From an uncultured Solirubrobacterales bacterium (lineage in GTDB: Bacteria > Actinomycetota > Thermoleophilia > Solirubrobacterales > Solirubrobacteraceae): a stretch of 64,000 nucleotides of DNA. This document shows, in pieces, positions 48,408 through 57,815 of the stretch. The stretch is from positions 224,102 to 288,101 of the forward strand of contig CAWICS010000009.1 in assembly GCA_963834675.1 (NCBI GenBank), written 5' to 3'. Made by a program: the position numbers and the translations under genes. The notes below the pieces were generated by a model. The model was given only the letters and a program-made list of their open reading frames with translations. It was not told where the DNA came from and did not search any database. Position 1 is the stretch's first letter; every line of letters begins with the position of its first letter.

Positions 48408-49250
48408 TCACATGTCCCCGCCGCTGGAGGTGAGCCTCTCCAGCTCACGGGCCAGCAGACCCATCCGTGCCTCCTTGACCAGCGGCAGGGCGCGGCGGGC
48501 ATGGCGCACCACGGCGAGGTCAAGGTCGCAGACCAGTAAGTTCGGCTCGTGCAGGGGCGCCTCGGCGAGCGTGTTGCCCCACGGGTCGATGACCCGCGAG
48601 CCGCCCCAGAAGGTGAGGCCGGCCTCACTGCCGACACGGTTGGCGAACACGACGTAGGTCTGCAGGAAACGCGCGTGGAAGTGCAGTAGGTCCTGCCAAT
48701 CGCGTTGGATGATCGGGGCCTCCGCCGGCTCTGCGGGCGCGGAGCTACACGCGGGGACAAGCAGGACGCGCGCGCCATCTTGAACCGCGATGAACGGCAC
48801 CGACGGCTGCCATGCGTCGTTGCAGATGATCAGCGCCATGCGCCCGAGCCGAGTATCGAAGGCAGCCAGCGACTGGCCCGGACTGAAGTGCTTGCGCTCG
48901 TCGAAGCGTCCGTACGTCGGCAGGTAGGCCTTGCGCTGCACGTGGGAGACCTGGCCCGCCTGCAGGTAGGCCATGCTGTTGTAGGTGTGCACCACGCCCT
49001 GCTCGACGAATCCGACCGCGATGTCGATCGCTTCGGAATGCCCGGCCAGTCCCAGTATCACCTCGTCGTCGGCGGCCATCGCGACGTCGTCTCCGAGCTG
49101 TCCGAGCGAATATCCAGAAAGGCTCAGCTCCGGGAAGACCACCAGGTCCGCCTGCTGGGCCCGGGCCTCGGCGATCAGCTCAGTGGCCCGCCGCACGTTC
49201 TCGGGCACGTCGCCAAGCGCGCAGTCGATCTGGGCGATGGCTACGCGCAC
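48408..49250 (-). CDS. Carbon-nitrogen hydrolase (nitrilase superfamily)
   Basis: Catalytic triad in FPELSLSGY (E), RKAYLPTYG (K) and LIICNDAW (C); also FANRVG and FWGGS. Confidence 0.9.
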   Translation of the reverse strand: MRVAIAQIDCALGDVPENVRRATELIAEARAQQADLVVFPELSLSGYSLGQLGDDVAMAADDEVILGLAGHSEAIDIAVGFVEQGVVHTYNSMAYLQAGQVSHVQRKAYLPTYGRFDERKHFSPGQSLAAFDTRLGRMALIICNDAWQPSVPFIAVQDGARVLLVPACSSAPAEPAEAPIIQRDWQDLLHFHARFLQTYVVFANRVGSEAGLTFWGGSRVIDPWGNTLAEAPLHEPNLLVCDLDLAVVRHARRALPLVKEARMGLLARELERLTSSGGDM

Positions 49251-49312
49251 GGCGCCTTATGCAACAACTCGCATCTGGTCACCGCTCATCCGCACGCGAA
49301 GAGGCGCCGGCG

Positions 49313-50063
49313 CTATGCCTGGCTGGGTGTCGCCTCCATGGCGCGCTCGGCGTCGCCCACGCCGACGACGATCTTGCCTCCGCGAGCGCGCGCCAGGGCC
49401 TTCAGACCCTTCGGGGTGATAGCCCGCTGCAAGAGCACGAACAGCCCCTGGACCAAGAGCGCCAGCGCTGCCACCCAGATCGCGGCCGCGAGCACTCCGT
49501 CGAAGCCGTAGCTTGCCTGGTTGACGATGATCTCACCCAGCCCGCCGCCGCCGGCGATCGCCGCCAGCGGTGAGGCGCCGATGATGAACAGCGCCGAGGT
49601 GCGGATGCCGGCGAACATCAGCGGTAGCGCGTTCGGAATCTCGATCTTGAACAGGATCCCGAGCTCGCTCATCCCCATCCCTCGGGCGGCGTCGACGACG
49701 TCCGGGTCGACTCCGTCGACTGCGGTGAAGGCGTTGGCCAGGATCGGTGGGATGCCGACGATCACCAGCGCCACCATCACGTTGAGAAAGCCGATCCCCA
49801 AGATCGCCAGGAAGATCGAGATCAGCGCCAGCTCCGGCAGTGCGCGGCCCAGGTTGGCGGTGCGGATCGCCAGGCTGCCGCCGCGGTGAAGGTGCCCCAG
49901 CCAGACCGCGATCGGGAGCGTCACGGCCAGCGCCACCCCAAGCGCCGCGGCGCTCAGCGCGATCGTGCCGAGCGTGTCGTGGAGCAGGTGGCTCGGTGTT
50001 GTTGCCCATGAACTTGAACGAGTCCAGGAACTGCTGCCCCAGTCCGGCGGTGGCGAACGGCAT
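49313..50063 (-). pseudogene. Osmoprotectant (OpuC/ProW-like) ABC permease, +1 frameshift near 49995
   Basis: ATG 50063 MPFATAGLGQQFLDSFKFMGNN continues in a shifted frame as SHLLHDTLGT..EAA loop AARGMGMSELGILFKIEIP. Length is 751 = 3n+1. Confidence 0.8.
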
Positions 50064-50066
50064 CGG

Positions 50067-50867
50067 CTAGGCCTCCCGGACTGCCGAGATCGGTCGGCGG
50101 CGGCCGCGGATGGCCCGCACCACGCTGCGCGGCACAAGCGAGGAGCGCCGCTTGGACGCCCACGGGGCGACCAGGCGCTGGAGCGCCACCAGTAGGAAGT
50201 CCGCCACCCAGGCGAGCAGGATCGCGAGCGCCGCAGCGGCTACGAACTCGGTCTTGAAGCCGCTGCGCGAGATCGCGTCGAAGATCGGCGCACCGAGCCC
50301 CTCGTCGACCACGAACGCCGCCACCGTGGCCAGGCTGATCGTGGTCACCGTCGCCACCCGCAGGCCGGCGAAAATCGCCGGGACGGCGAGCGGGAGATCG
50401 ATGCGCAGAAGAATCTGGCGTTGGGTCAGGCCCATCCCCCGGGCCGCGTCGCGCACCTCCTCTGGGACCTCGCGCAGGCCGGTGATGATGTTGCGGAACA
50501 ACAGCAGGAGCGTGTAGGAGACCAGCGCGATCTCGACCGTCAACCGGGTCAGCCCGGTGAACGGGACCAGGATCTGGAACAGCGCCAGGCTGGGAATCGT
50601 GTACAGGAAGCTGGAGATCCCAGAGATCGGCGTTTCCAGCGCGCCAAACCGATAGGCGAGCAGGGCCAGCGCGAACGCGATCACGAAACCGATTCCGACC
50701 GCGACCACCGTCAGGATGATGTGCTGGACGACGGCGGGGCCGAACGTGCTTCCCCAATGCTGGGTGAACCAGTTCCAGCAGAAGAATCCGTTGTTTACGG
50801 CGCACTTGTCGCTGGCGCCACCAAAGTTGGGGATGATCGGCCCGCCGGCAGCGATCAGGAGGCCCAT
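50067..50867 (-). CDS. Osmoprotectant ABC permease
   Basis: MGLLIAAGG..YTIPSLALF..DAARGMGLTQRQILLRIDLP; the ATG overlaps the ATPase stop (TGATG). Confidence 0.88.
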   Translation of the reverse strand: MGLLIAAGGPIIPNFGGASDKCAVNNGFFCWNWFTQHWGSTFGPAVVQHIILTVVAVGIGFVIAFALALLAYRFGALETPISGISSFLYTIPSLALFQILVPFTGLTRLTVEIALVSYTLLLLFRNIITGLREVPEEVRDAARGMGLTQRQILLRIDLPLAVPAIFAGLRVATVTTISLATVAAFVVDEGLGAPIFDAISRSGFKTEFVAAAALAILLAWVADFLLVALQRLVAPWASKRRSSLVPRSVVRAIRGRRRPISAVREA

Positions 50868-52013
50868 CAGGACCGTACTTCGGTGGACGCGTCGCGCCCG
50901 TTGTGGATGGCCAGCGCGCCCGCGATCACTTCCAGGCGCGCCACGCCCGCGACCGCACCGTCGGCGTCGACGACGACCAGCGGGCGGTTCGCCGTCGCTC
51001 ATGATCAGCGACAGGGCGTCGCGCAGCGAGGTGTCAGGGTTGCCCACCGGGCCGATCGGCTCCGGTTCGCGGTCGCGGCCCAGCCGGCCCACGGGCCGTG
51101 ATTGGCCATCGACGAACACGACCCGGTCGGGGTCAGACTGACCGGGCGCCGGAGTGCCGTCCCGGACGCTGTCGGCGTCGTCGAGTGACAGGTCGGAGAG
51201 CTTCGACAGCGCCAAGCGCTTGAGGCCACGGTCCAGCCCGACGAACCGGGCCACGAACTCGTCGGCCGGCTCCGCGAGGATTCTCTCCGGCGTGTCGTAC
51301 TGCACGAGCACACCGCCCTCGCGCATGATCGCGATCCGATCCCCCATCTTGATCGCCTCATCGATGTCGTGAGTCACGAACACGATCGTCTTTCGCAGCG
51401 CCTCCTGCAGTCGCAGGAACTCGTTCTGCAGACGCTCGCGGGTGATCGGGTCGATCGCCCCGAACGGCTCGTCCATCAGCATCAGCGGCGGGTCTGCCGC
51501 GAGCGCGCGGGCGACCCCCACGCGCTGGCGCTGCCCACCCGACACCTCGGCCGGGTAGCGGTCTTTGGTCTCCTCCGGCAGGCCGATCAGCTCCAACAGC
51601 TCGTCCACGCGAGCGTTGATCCGCTGGCGATCCCACCCCAGCAGACGGGGCACGGTGGCGATGTTGTCGCCGATCGACAGGTGGGGGAACAGGCCGATCT
51701 GCTGAATCACATAGCCGATCTCGCGCCGCAGTTCAGACGGCTTGCGCCCGAGCACGCTCTTTCCGTCGAGCAGGATGTCGCCCTCGGTGATGTCGATCAT
51801 GCGATTGACCATCCGCATCGCCGTGGTCTTCCCGCAGCCCGACGGACCGACCAGCACGCAGATGTCGCCGGCCGGCACCTTGAACGACAGATCCCGGAGC
51901 GCCGGCTTGTCCGCGCCGGGGTAGCGCTTGGAGACGTTCTTGAACTCCAGCTCCGCCGCCCGCGCGTGTTGCCGCGGACTACCCGACGGGCCGGTGTCGT
52001 CCTCGGTCGGCAT
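50867..52013 (-). pseudogene. Osmoprotectant ABC ATP-binding protein (OpuCA/ProV-like) with CBS tail, +1 frameshift near 50985
   Basis: GPSGCGKTT, VSGGQRQRVG, MDEPF and VTHD. Removing one C gives ..SDGERPLVVVDADGAVAGVARLEVIAGAL..RS* ending at 50867. Length is 1147 = 3n+1. Confidence 0.85.
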
Positions 52014-52036
52014 CCGCAGTCAGCTCTCCAGGAGGC

Positions 52037-53026
52037 CTACAACAGCCCGTTGGCTTTCAGGAAGTCCTTGGCCACCGTCGCCGCATCCACCTTCTGCAGC
52101 ACGATCGCCGCGTTCAGCTTCTGCATCACCGTGTCGGTCAGCGTCGCGTCGACGGCGTTCAGCGTCTGAGCGAACGCCGGGCCCTCCTGGCTCAGGAGCT
52201 TGGTGGAGACCACCGGAGCCACCTGCTGGAAGCCGTAGATGTGCTTCGGATCAGTCAGGAGTGCATATTTTCCGCTGCTCAGCTGGCCATCGGTCGTGAA
52301 CACGTTGGCGCTGTCAACCTTGCCCGAGTCCAGCGCCTGGTACTGCAACCCAATCGCCAGCGGGACGAAATGGACGTTGTTGAGGTGGTACGCCTGGTGC
52401 ATGCCCACCAGACCCTCGTAGCGTGTCTTGTTCTCCGGGGGGCCGCCGTTCGTGAACGACGGAAGCTTCGCGAGGTCCTCCATCGAGACGAGGTGGTGCT
52501 GGGTGGCGAACGACTTCAGGGTGGCGGTCACGTCACGGTCCTGGAACGGCGTGGGGTTGAGCAGCGTGTACCCACGGCCCGCCTCGAAGCTCTTGGCTTG
52601 GGCATACGTGTCTGCGGCGCTCACCGGAACCCTGGCCTGGCCCTTGATCACGCTGAGGATGACCCCGGTGTACTCCGGATACATCTGAATCTGACCGGAC
52701 GTAAGCGCCTTGTCGGTGAGCTCGGAGCTGCCGATGTTGGCCTTCAGGGTCACGGTGTAGCCCTTGGCCTGGAGCGCCTCCTGGTACATGTCGCCCAGCA
52801 GGTACTCCTCGGTGAAGTTCTTGTCGCCGAGGACGATCGGCGGTTTGCCCTGGCCCGGCTTCGAGCTCGACGACGAGCTAGAGCCCGAGCTTGACGACCC
52901 ACTCGACGACGACGAGCCGGCGGCCGCGCTTGACGACGACGAGCCGGAGCTCCCACAGGCGGCTACCAGAACCATCAACGCCAGGGTCGTTGCAGTCCCG
53001 AGCGCTCGCTTCAGCACAAGTCGCAT
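52037..53026 (-). CDS. Glycine betaine/choline-type ABC substrate-binding lipoprotein (OpuCC/OsmF-like)
   Basis: Lipobox VAAC, Ser-rich tether, GDKNFTEEYLLG, MYPEYTG and FTTDGQL. Confidence 0.9.
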   Translation of the reverse strand: MRLVLKRALGTATTLALMVLVAACGSSGSSSSSAAAGSSSSSGSSSSGSSSSSSSKPGQGKPPIVLGDKNFTEEYLLGDMYQEALQAKGYTVTLKANIGSSELTDKALTSGQIQMYPEYTGVILSVIKGQARVPVSAADTYAQAKSFEAGRGYTLLNPTPFQDRDVTATLKSFATQHHLVSMEDLAKLPSFTNGGPPENKTRYEGLVGMHQAYHLNNVHFVPLAIGLQYQALDSGKVDSANVFTTDGQLSSGKYALLTDPKHIYGFQQVAPVVSTKLLSQEGPAFAQTLNAVDATLTDTVMQKLNAAIVLQKVDAATVAKDFLKANGLL

Positions 53027-53904
53027 TACGTTGCTTCCTCCTCCTCGGTGAGTGTACCTGCCACCGGCCGGGGCACGGGGCTTTCCCGCGACGTTTGGCC
53101 GGAGCGTAGCCGACGTAACCCCCCAGCGGCCGGAGCGACGGGAGCTCCCAGGTTAGCCGAGATTTCCTCAGCGACGGAACGGACCAGCTCCCCGGCCCGA
53201 TCCAGCCGCTCGCCCAGGCGGAACTTCGGCCCGGAGACGTTGACCGCGGCGACCACAGCGCCGGTGAAGTCGCGGACCGGAGCTGCGGCCGCTACCAGAC
53301 CCGGCTCGGACTCCTCGTCGGCGACGGCGTACCCGATCCGCCGGGCGCGATCGATGCGGCGCTCCAGCTCGGCGGCGTCGCCCGGAGTGTTCGGGCCGGG
53401 CGCCGGAAACGGCCCGGGCCCAAGCAGGTCGACGAGAGCATCGCGGTCGTGGTCAAGCAGCAGCGCGCGGCCTGAGGAAGTGCAGTAGGCGGGAACCGTG
53501 CGGCCCACCCAGCCACGGGCAACGATCGAGTGCGCTGGTGAGCGCGTGAGCAGAGTCACGATCTGGGCACCGTGCAGGACCGACAGGTGCGCGGCTTCGC
53601 CGAGCTGCGAGACCAGCTCCTCCAGCGCGCCGGTTGCATCCTGGATCAGCCGCGGCTGCCCGGCGCGCGCGGCGAGCACGAAGCATTCCCGGCCCAGCCG
53701 GTACCCCGGCCTGCCCGGAGATCGCTCGGCCAGGCCGTGCTCGGTCAGCACCGCGAGCGTTCGCGAGACCTGGCTCTTCTCATGGCCCGTGAGGGCGGCG
53801 AGCTGGGTGACGCCCAGGCCGCCGTCGGCGACGGCCGCGTCGGACCCCAGCGCGGACAGGATCTGCAGGCCCCTTCGCAGGCTGGTACCCCGGTTTGCCA
53901 CCAC
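53026..53904 (-). CDS. IclR family regulator
   Basis: SLRRGLQIL..LGVTQLAALTGHEKSQVSR HTH, PAYCTSSGRALL and AAVNVSGP; the stop overlaps the SBP start (TAATG). Confidence 0.92.
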   Translation of the reverse strand: MVANRGTSLRRGLQILSALGSDAAVADGGLGVTQLAALTGHEKSQVSRTLAVLTEHGLAERSPGRPGYRLGRECFVLAARAGQPRLIQDATGALEELVSQLGEAAHLSVLHGAQIVTLLTRSPAHSIVARGWVGRTVPAYCTSSGRALLLDHDRDALVDLLGPGPFPAPGPNTPGDAAELERRIDRARRIGYAVADEESEPGLVAAAAPVRDFTGAVVAAVNVSGPKFRLGERLDRAGELVRSVAEEISANLGAPVAPAAGGLRRLRSGQTSRESPVPRPVAGTLTEEEEAT

Positions 53905-53929
53905 GTGTTGCTATTGTGCCATCAACACG
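53904..53929. promoter_or_regulatory. Inverted repeat CGTGTTG-N12-CAACACG, probable IclR operator
   Basis: 7-bp arms abutting the IclR start codon, between the divergent IclR and methyltransferase genes. Confidence 0.55.
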
Positions 53930-54007
53930 AGAAGTGGTCAATTGGCCTTCGAGGGCGGCGAGCGTTTCGAAGCTCCGGCTTTCGAAGCGGGAAGGCGGAA
54001 TCGAGAG

Positions 54008-55057
54008 ATGCATGACTCAACTCCGGGAGGCCTGCTCGAGCGGCTGGCCGATGGCCCGGTCATCTGCGCCGAGGGCTATCTGTTCGAGCTCGAGCGCCGC
54101 GGATACCTGCAGGCCGGGGCGTTCGTCCCGGAGGTCGTCCTGGAGAACCCCCAGATCGTGGCCGAGCTCCACGAGGAGTTCGTCCACGCCGGCTCGGACG
54201 TCGTCGAGGCGTTCACCTACTACGCCCACCGCGAGAAGCTCCGGCTGATCGGCCGGGAGGGCGAGCTCGAACGGATCAACCGCCAGGCACTCGAGATCGC
54301 CCGCGGGGTCGCCCGCGCCAGCGGCACTTTGCTGGCCGGCAACCTCTGCAACACCAACGTTTATGACCCCGGCGATTACGGTTCGAGCGCGGCGGTCCGG
54401 GCGATGTTCGAAGAGCAGGTCGGCTGGGCGGTCGACGCCGGCGTCGACTTCATCATCGGCGAGACGTTCTCTTGGGGCGCCGAGGCGCTGATCGCGACGG
54501 AGGTGATCCGCGAGACCGGGTTGCCCTCGGTGGTGACACTGGCCATCCACCGCGAGCCGGAGACGCGCGAGGGCTGGACGCCGCACGACGCGTGTCTCCA
54601 TCTGGAGGACGCGGGTGCCGATGTGGTCGGCCTCAACTGCATCCGGGGCCCGCGGACGATGATGCCGCTGCTCGAGCCGATTCGCGAGGCAGTGTCCGTG
54701 CCCGTGGCCGCGCTGCCTGTGCCATATCGCACCCATGACGCCGAGCCGAGTTTTCAGTCACTCACAGATCCGGACTGTGACTGCCTCCCGGGAGACCGGC
54801 CGTTTCCCACGGCACTGGACCCGTTCACCTGTAACCGCTACGAGCTGGGTGAGTTCGCCGCCGCCGCCTACGAGCTCGGCGTCGGTTACCTCGGAGTCTG
54901 CTGCGGCGCCGGGCCGCATCACATCCGGGCGGTCGCCGAAGCGCTCGGCCGTCAGGCGCCGGCAAGTCGGTACAGCCCCGACATGTCCCGCCACGCGTTC
55001 CTGGGCAGCGACCCGACGCTCAAGCGGCGCAACCTGGACTACGCCAAAGAGCTGTAA
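54008..55057 (+). CDS. Homocysteine S-methyltransferase, betaine-homocysteine methyltransferase-like
   Basis: VICAEGYLFELERRGYLQAGAFVPE, EAFTYYAHREK, Zn ligands GLNC and GVCCG. Confidence 0.88.
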   Translation: MHDSTPGGLLERLADGPVICAEGYLFELERRGYLQAGAFVPEVVLENPQIVAELHEEFVHAGSDVVEAFTYYAHREKLRLIGREGELERINRQALEIARGVARASGTLLAGNLCNTNVYDPGDYGSSAAVRAMFEEQVGWAVDAGVDFIIGETFSWGAEALIATEVIRETGLPSVVTLAIHREPETREGWTPHDACLHLEDAGADVVGLNCIRGPRTMMPLLEPIREAVSVPVAALPVPYRTHDAEPSFQSLTDPDCDCLPGDRPFPTALDPFTCNRYELGEFAAAAYELGVGYLGVCCGAGPHHIRAVAEALGRQAPASRYSPDMSRHAFLGSDPTLKRRNLDYAKEL

Positions 55058-55109
55058 CGCCAGCGGGCGTCTCTGACCGCCGCTTGCCCGAGACGTGGCC
55101 GGCTTCGGC

Positions 55110-55685
55110 TCAGGCGGCGTGCTGCGGGCTCCCGAGGACGAGTTCGTCGAACTCGGCGAGTGCGTCGTGCAGGTGTTCGGCCCAGGATCGTCGGCCGGGG
55201 TCCGTGACCCAGCGCTCAAAGGTGATCCGGAAGACCGCCATCCCGGTCTCGCCGGCCAGGCGCGCGACTGGGTCCCGGACTCCGCGGCGCCGCAGTGCGT
55301 CGGCGAGGGCGTCGGTCAGGGAGGCGAGCTTGATCAGCTCGCGCTCCTGGAGCTCCGGGGTGGCGAGGATGACCGCCCGGCGGCGGCGAGCGAACTCAGG
55401 GGCGAACAACGCGCCCGCCGCCTCGAGCGCGGCGCTCACCGCCTGGAGCGCAGATGCCGACGCTGGAGCCTGATCGACTGCGGCGACGAGCGCGTCGCGC
55501 AACCCTTCCGAGCCGCGGAACAGGACCTCGCGCTTGTCGGCGAAGTGCCGAAAGAAAGTGCGCTCGGTCAGCCCCGCCCGCGCCGCGATCTCGGCGACCG
55601 TCGTCTGCTCGAAACCGCGCTCCTCGAACAGCTCGAGCGCGGCCTCGCGCAGGCGTCCCGCGGCGTTGGGCTCCCAGCGTGCCAT
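55110..55685 (-). CDS. TetR/AcrR family regulator
   Basis: MARWEPNAAGRLREAALELF..TTVAEIAARAGLTERTFFRHFADK. Confidence 0.93.
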   Translation of the reverse strand: MARWEPNAAGRLREAALELFEERGFEQTTVAEIAARAGLTERTFFRHFADKREVLFRGSEGLRDALVAAVDQAPASASALQAVSAALEAAGALFAPEFARRRRAVILATPELQERELIKLASLTDALADALRRRGVRDPVARLAGETGMAVFRITFERWVTDPGRRSWAEHLHDALAEFDELVLGSPQHAA

Positions 55686-55699
55686 GGTCTAGGAGTGTA

Positions 55700-55758
55700 G
55701 TGACGACAGTCGCTGACATCACCTGTGCTAGAGTGATGACAGCAACTGACATCACTCT
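55700..55758. promoter_or_regulatory. Tandem TetR operators GTGAYGACAG-N3-CTGACATCAC
   Basis: Two near-identical imperfect palindromes at 55700-55722 and 55733-55755; the second extends to 9-bp perfect arms at 55730-55758. They lie between the divergent TetR and SDR genes. Confidence 0.8.
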
Positions 55759-55772
55759 CTCAGGAGGAAACT

Positions 55773-56687
55773 ATGCGTCTTTTCGTCACCGGGGCATCAG
55801 GATGGATCGGCTCCGCAGTGGTCGCCGAGCTTCTCGCCCACGACCACGAGCTGCTCGGTCTGGCTCGTTCCGACGCCTCCGCCGAGGCGATCTCCGCCCT
55901 CGGCGCCGAGGTGCGGCGCGGCGAGATCACCGACCTCGGCGTCCTGCACGCCGCCGCCCAGGAGTGCGACGGGGTCGTCCACCTTGCCTTTCGTCACGAC
56001 GTCGCGTTCTCCGGAGACTTCGAAGCGGCCGTCGCCTCGGACCACGCTGCGATCGAGACCATCGGCGACGCGCTCGCCGGAACCGACAAGCCGTTGGCGA
56101 TCGCCTCGGGCCTCGCCGGCCTGCGGTCGGGCAGGATCGCCACCGAGGACGACCGGCCCGAGCCGACGCCCGGCGCCGGCGGCCGCATCATCAACGAGCG
56201 GACCGCGCTGGCGCTCGCTGAGCGCGGCGTGCGCTCGATGAGCGTTCGCTTCGCCCCGACCGTCCACGGCACCGGCGACCACGGATTCATCGCGCTCATC
56301 GCCGCCGCCGACCGCGAGCACGGCGCGGCAGCCTACATCGGCGACGGCGAGAATCGCTGGGCGGCCGTCCACGTCACCGACGCCGCCCGCCTCGTGCGTC
56401 TCGGGATCGAGCGCGCACCCGCAGGCGCGGTCCTGCACGCGGCCGGCGAGGAGGGCATCCCCTTCCGACAGATCGCCGAGGCGATCGGGCGCCGACTCGG
56501 GCTGCCCACCACCTCCCTGCCCGCCGAACAGGCAGCTCAGCACTTCGGATTCCTCGGCGCATTCGTCGGCGTGGACGCACCAGCCTCCAGCACCAAGACT
56601 CGCGAGCTCCTCGGCTGGGAACCGACAGGCCCCGGGCTGATCGACGACATCACCGCCGGCGCCTACGATCCCGTGCTCGTCGCGTGA
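55773..56687 (+). CDS. Extended SDR / NAD-dependent epimerase family oxidoreductase
   Basis: VTGASGWIG, VVHLAF and WAAVHVTDAA; AGGAGG RBS. Confidence 0.9.
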   Translation: MRLFVTGASGWIGSAVVAELLAHDHELLGLARSDASAEAISALGAEVRRGEITDLGVLHAAAQECDGVVHLAFRHDVAFSGDFEAAVASDHAAIETIGDALAGTDKPLAIASGLAGLRSGRIATEDDRPEPTPGAGGRIINERTALALAERGVRSMSVRFAPTVHGTGDHGFIALIAAADREHGAAAYIGDGENRWAAVHVTDAARLVRLGIERAPAGAVLHAAGEEGIPFRQIAEAIGRRLGLPTTSLPAEQAAQHFGFLGAFVGVDAPASSTKTRELLGWEPTGPGLIDDITAGAYDPVLVA

Positions 56688-56756
56688 GACCGCACCCCTC
56701 GGCGGCGGGCCCCGCTCGGCGGCCGCCGGTGGACGCGCCGGTGCAAGACTTTCGGC

Positions 56757-57809
56757 GTGGGTTCTCCACAGACGCTGAGCGAAGCTGATCGGCGGATCGT
56801 GGCGGCGTGGGCGGCAGACTGCGCGGAGCGGGTACTGGGTCTGTTCGAGGCGAAGGCTCCAGGAGACGGTCGGCCCCGTGACGCGATCGCCCGGACGCGC
56901 GCCTTTGCCCGCGGCGAACTCGGCGCGGCCGGGGAGATCCGTCGCCGTTTCGTCGGCGGCGGCGCCGCGCGTGAGGTGAGCGACCCGGCCGCGGCCGCCG
57001 CGGCCAAAGCGGCCGGGCAGGCGGCAAGCGTCGCTCACATGGGCGCGCACGCGCTGGGTGCCGCCGCGTATGCCGCCAAGGCGGCTGGCCTGGCCGCGCC
57101 GAACCGGCCCGACGCTGTCGCGGAGGAGATCCGCTGGCAACTCGACCACATGTCGCCGGCGACCAGAGCCGCGCTGCGGCAACTGCCACCCGTCCGGGAG
57201 AACCGGTCTGGTCCGCTTGGGCCGGGGCTCCTCGCGTCGGGCCTCCTCGGCACGATCATCCGCGAGCTCCAGGGCGGCTTGGCGGACGGTGCTCGGCGGT
57301 CGGTCGTCCTGGTGACCGGCATGTCAGGCAGCGGAAAGTCGACAGCGCTGGCCGCGCTGAAAAGCCGCGGGCACCGCGTCGTTGACACCGACGATCCCGG
57401 TTGGATCGTCGCCGTCCATACCGACGGCGGGGCCGAGCCGCTCTGGGACATCGACCAAGTCACGGCGCTCATCGACGGCCACCGCACGGGCTGGCTCTTC
57501 ATCGCCGGGTGCGTGGCGAATCAGGGGGTCGTCTATGACCGCTTCGACGCTGTCGTACTACTGAGCGCGCCGGTCGACGTCATCCTCGATCGAGTTGCCG
57601 ACCGGGCGAACCCGTTCGGATCCACGGCGGACGACCGGTCGAAGATCGCCGCCGATCTGGAGGCGTTCGAGCCGGTGCTGCGTGCGCGCGCGGATCACGA
57701 GATCGTGACCACGGCGCCCGTCGCCGACGTCGTCGCGGCACTTGAACAGGTCGCTGCCGGTGCAGGCCGTCGAGACCCGCGTCCGTCGCGCCATGCGCAT
57801 CGCCCCTGA
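56757..57809 (+). CDS. Imm5-like helical domain fused to P-loop nucleotide kinase-like domain
   Basis: N-terminal AAWAADCAERVL..PRDAI..AGQAASVAHMGAHALGAAAY; C-terminal VLVTGMSGSGKST and VDTDD. Confidence 0.78.
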   Translation: MGSPQTLSEADRRIVAAWAADCAERVLGLFEAKAPGDGRPRDAIARTRAFARGELGAAGEIRRRFVGGGAAREVSDPAAAAAAKAAGQAASVAHMGAHALGAAAYAAKAAGLAAPNRPDAVAEEIRWQLDHMSPATRAALRQLPPVRENRSGPLGPGLLASGLLGTIIRELQGGLADGARRSVVLVTGMSGSGKSTALAALKSRGHRVVDTDDPGWIVAVHTDGGAEPLWDIDQVTALIDGHRTGWLFIAGCVANQGVVYDRFDAVVLLSAPVDVILDRVADRANPFGSTADDRSKIAADLEAFEPVLRARADHEIVTTAPVADVVAALEQVAAGAGRRDPRPSRHAHRP

Positions 57810-57815
57810 CGACGA

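Noticed and set aside
50067-52013. 648-aa ABC ATPase-permease fusion in the ORF track
   Set aside because: A +1 indel near 50985 joins the frames. Correcting it restores a CBS-like tail, a TGA at 50867-50869 and an overlapping permease ATG.
52855-52950. GACGAC/GAGC tandem-like repeats as CRISPR or VNTR
   Set aside because: They encode the Ser-rich lipoprotein linker, with no constant repeat and spacer pattern.
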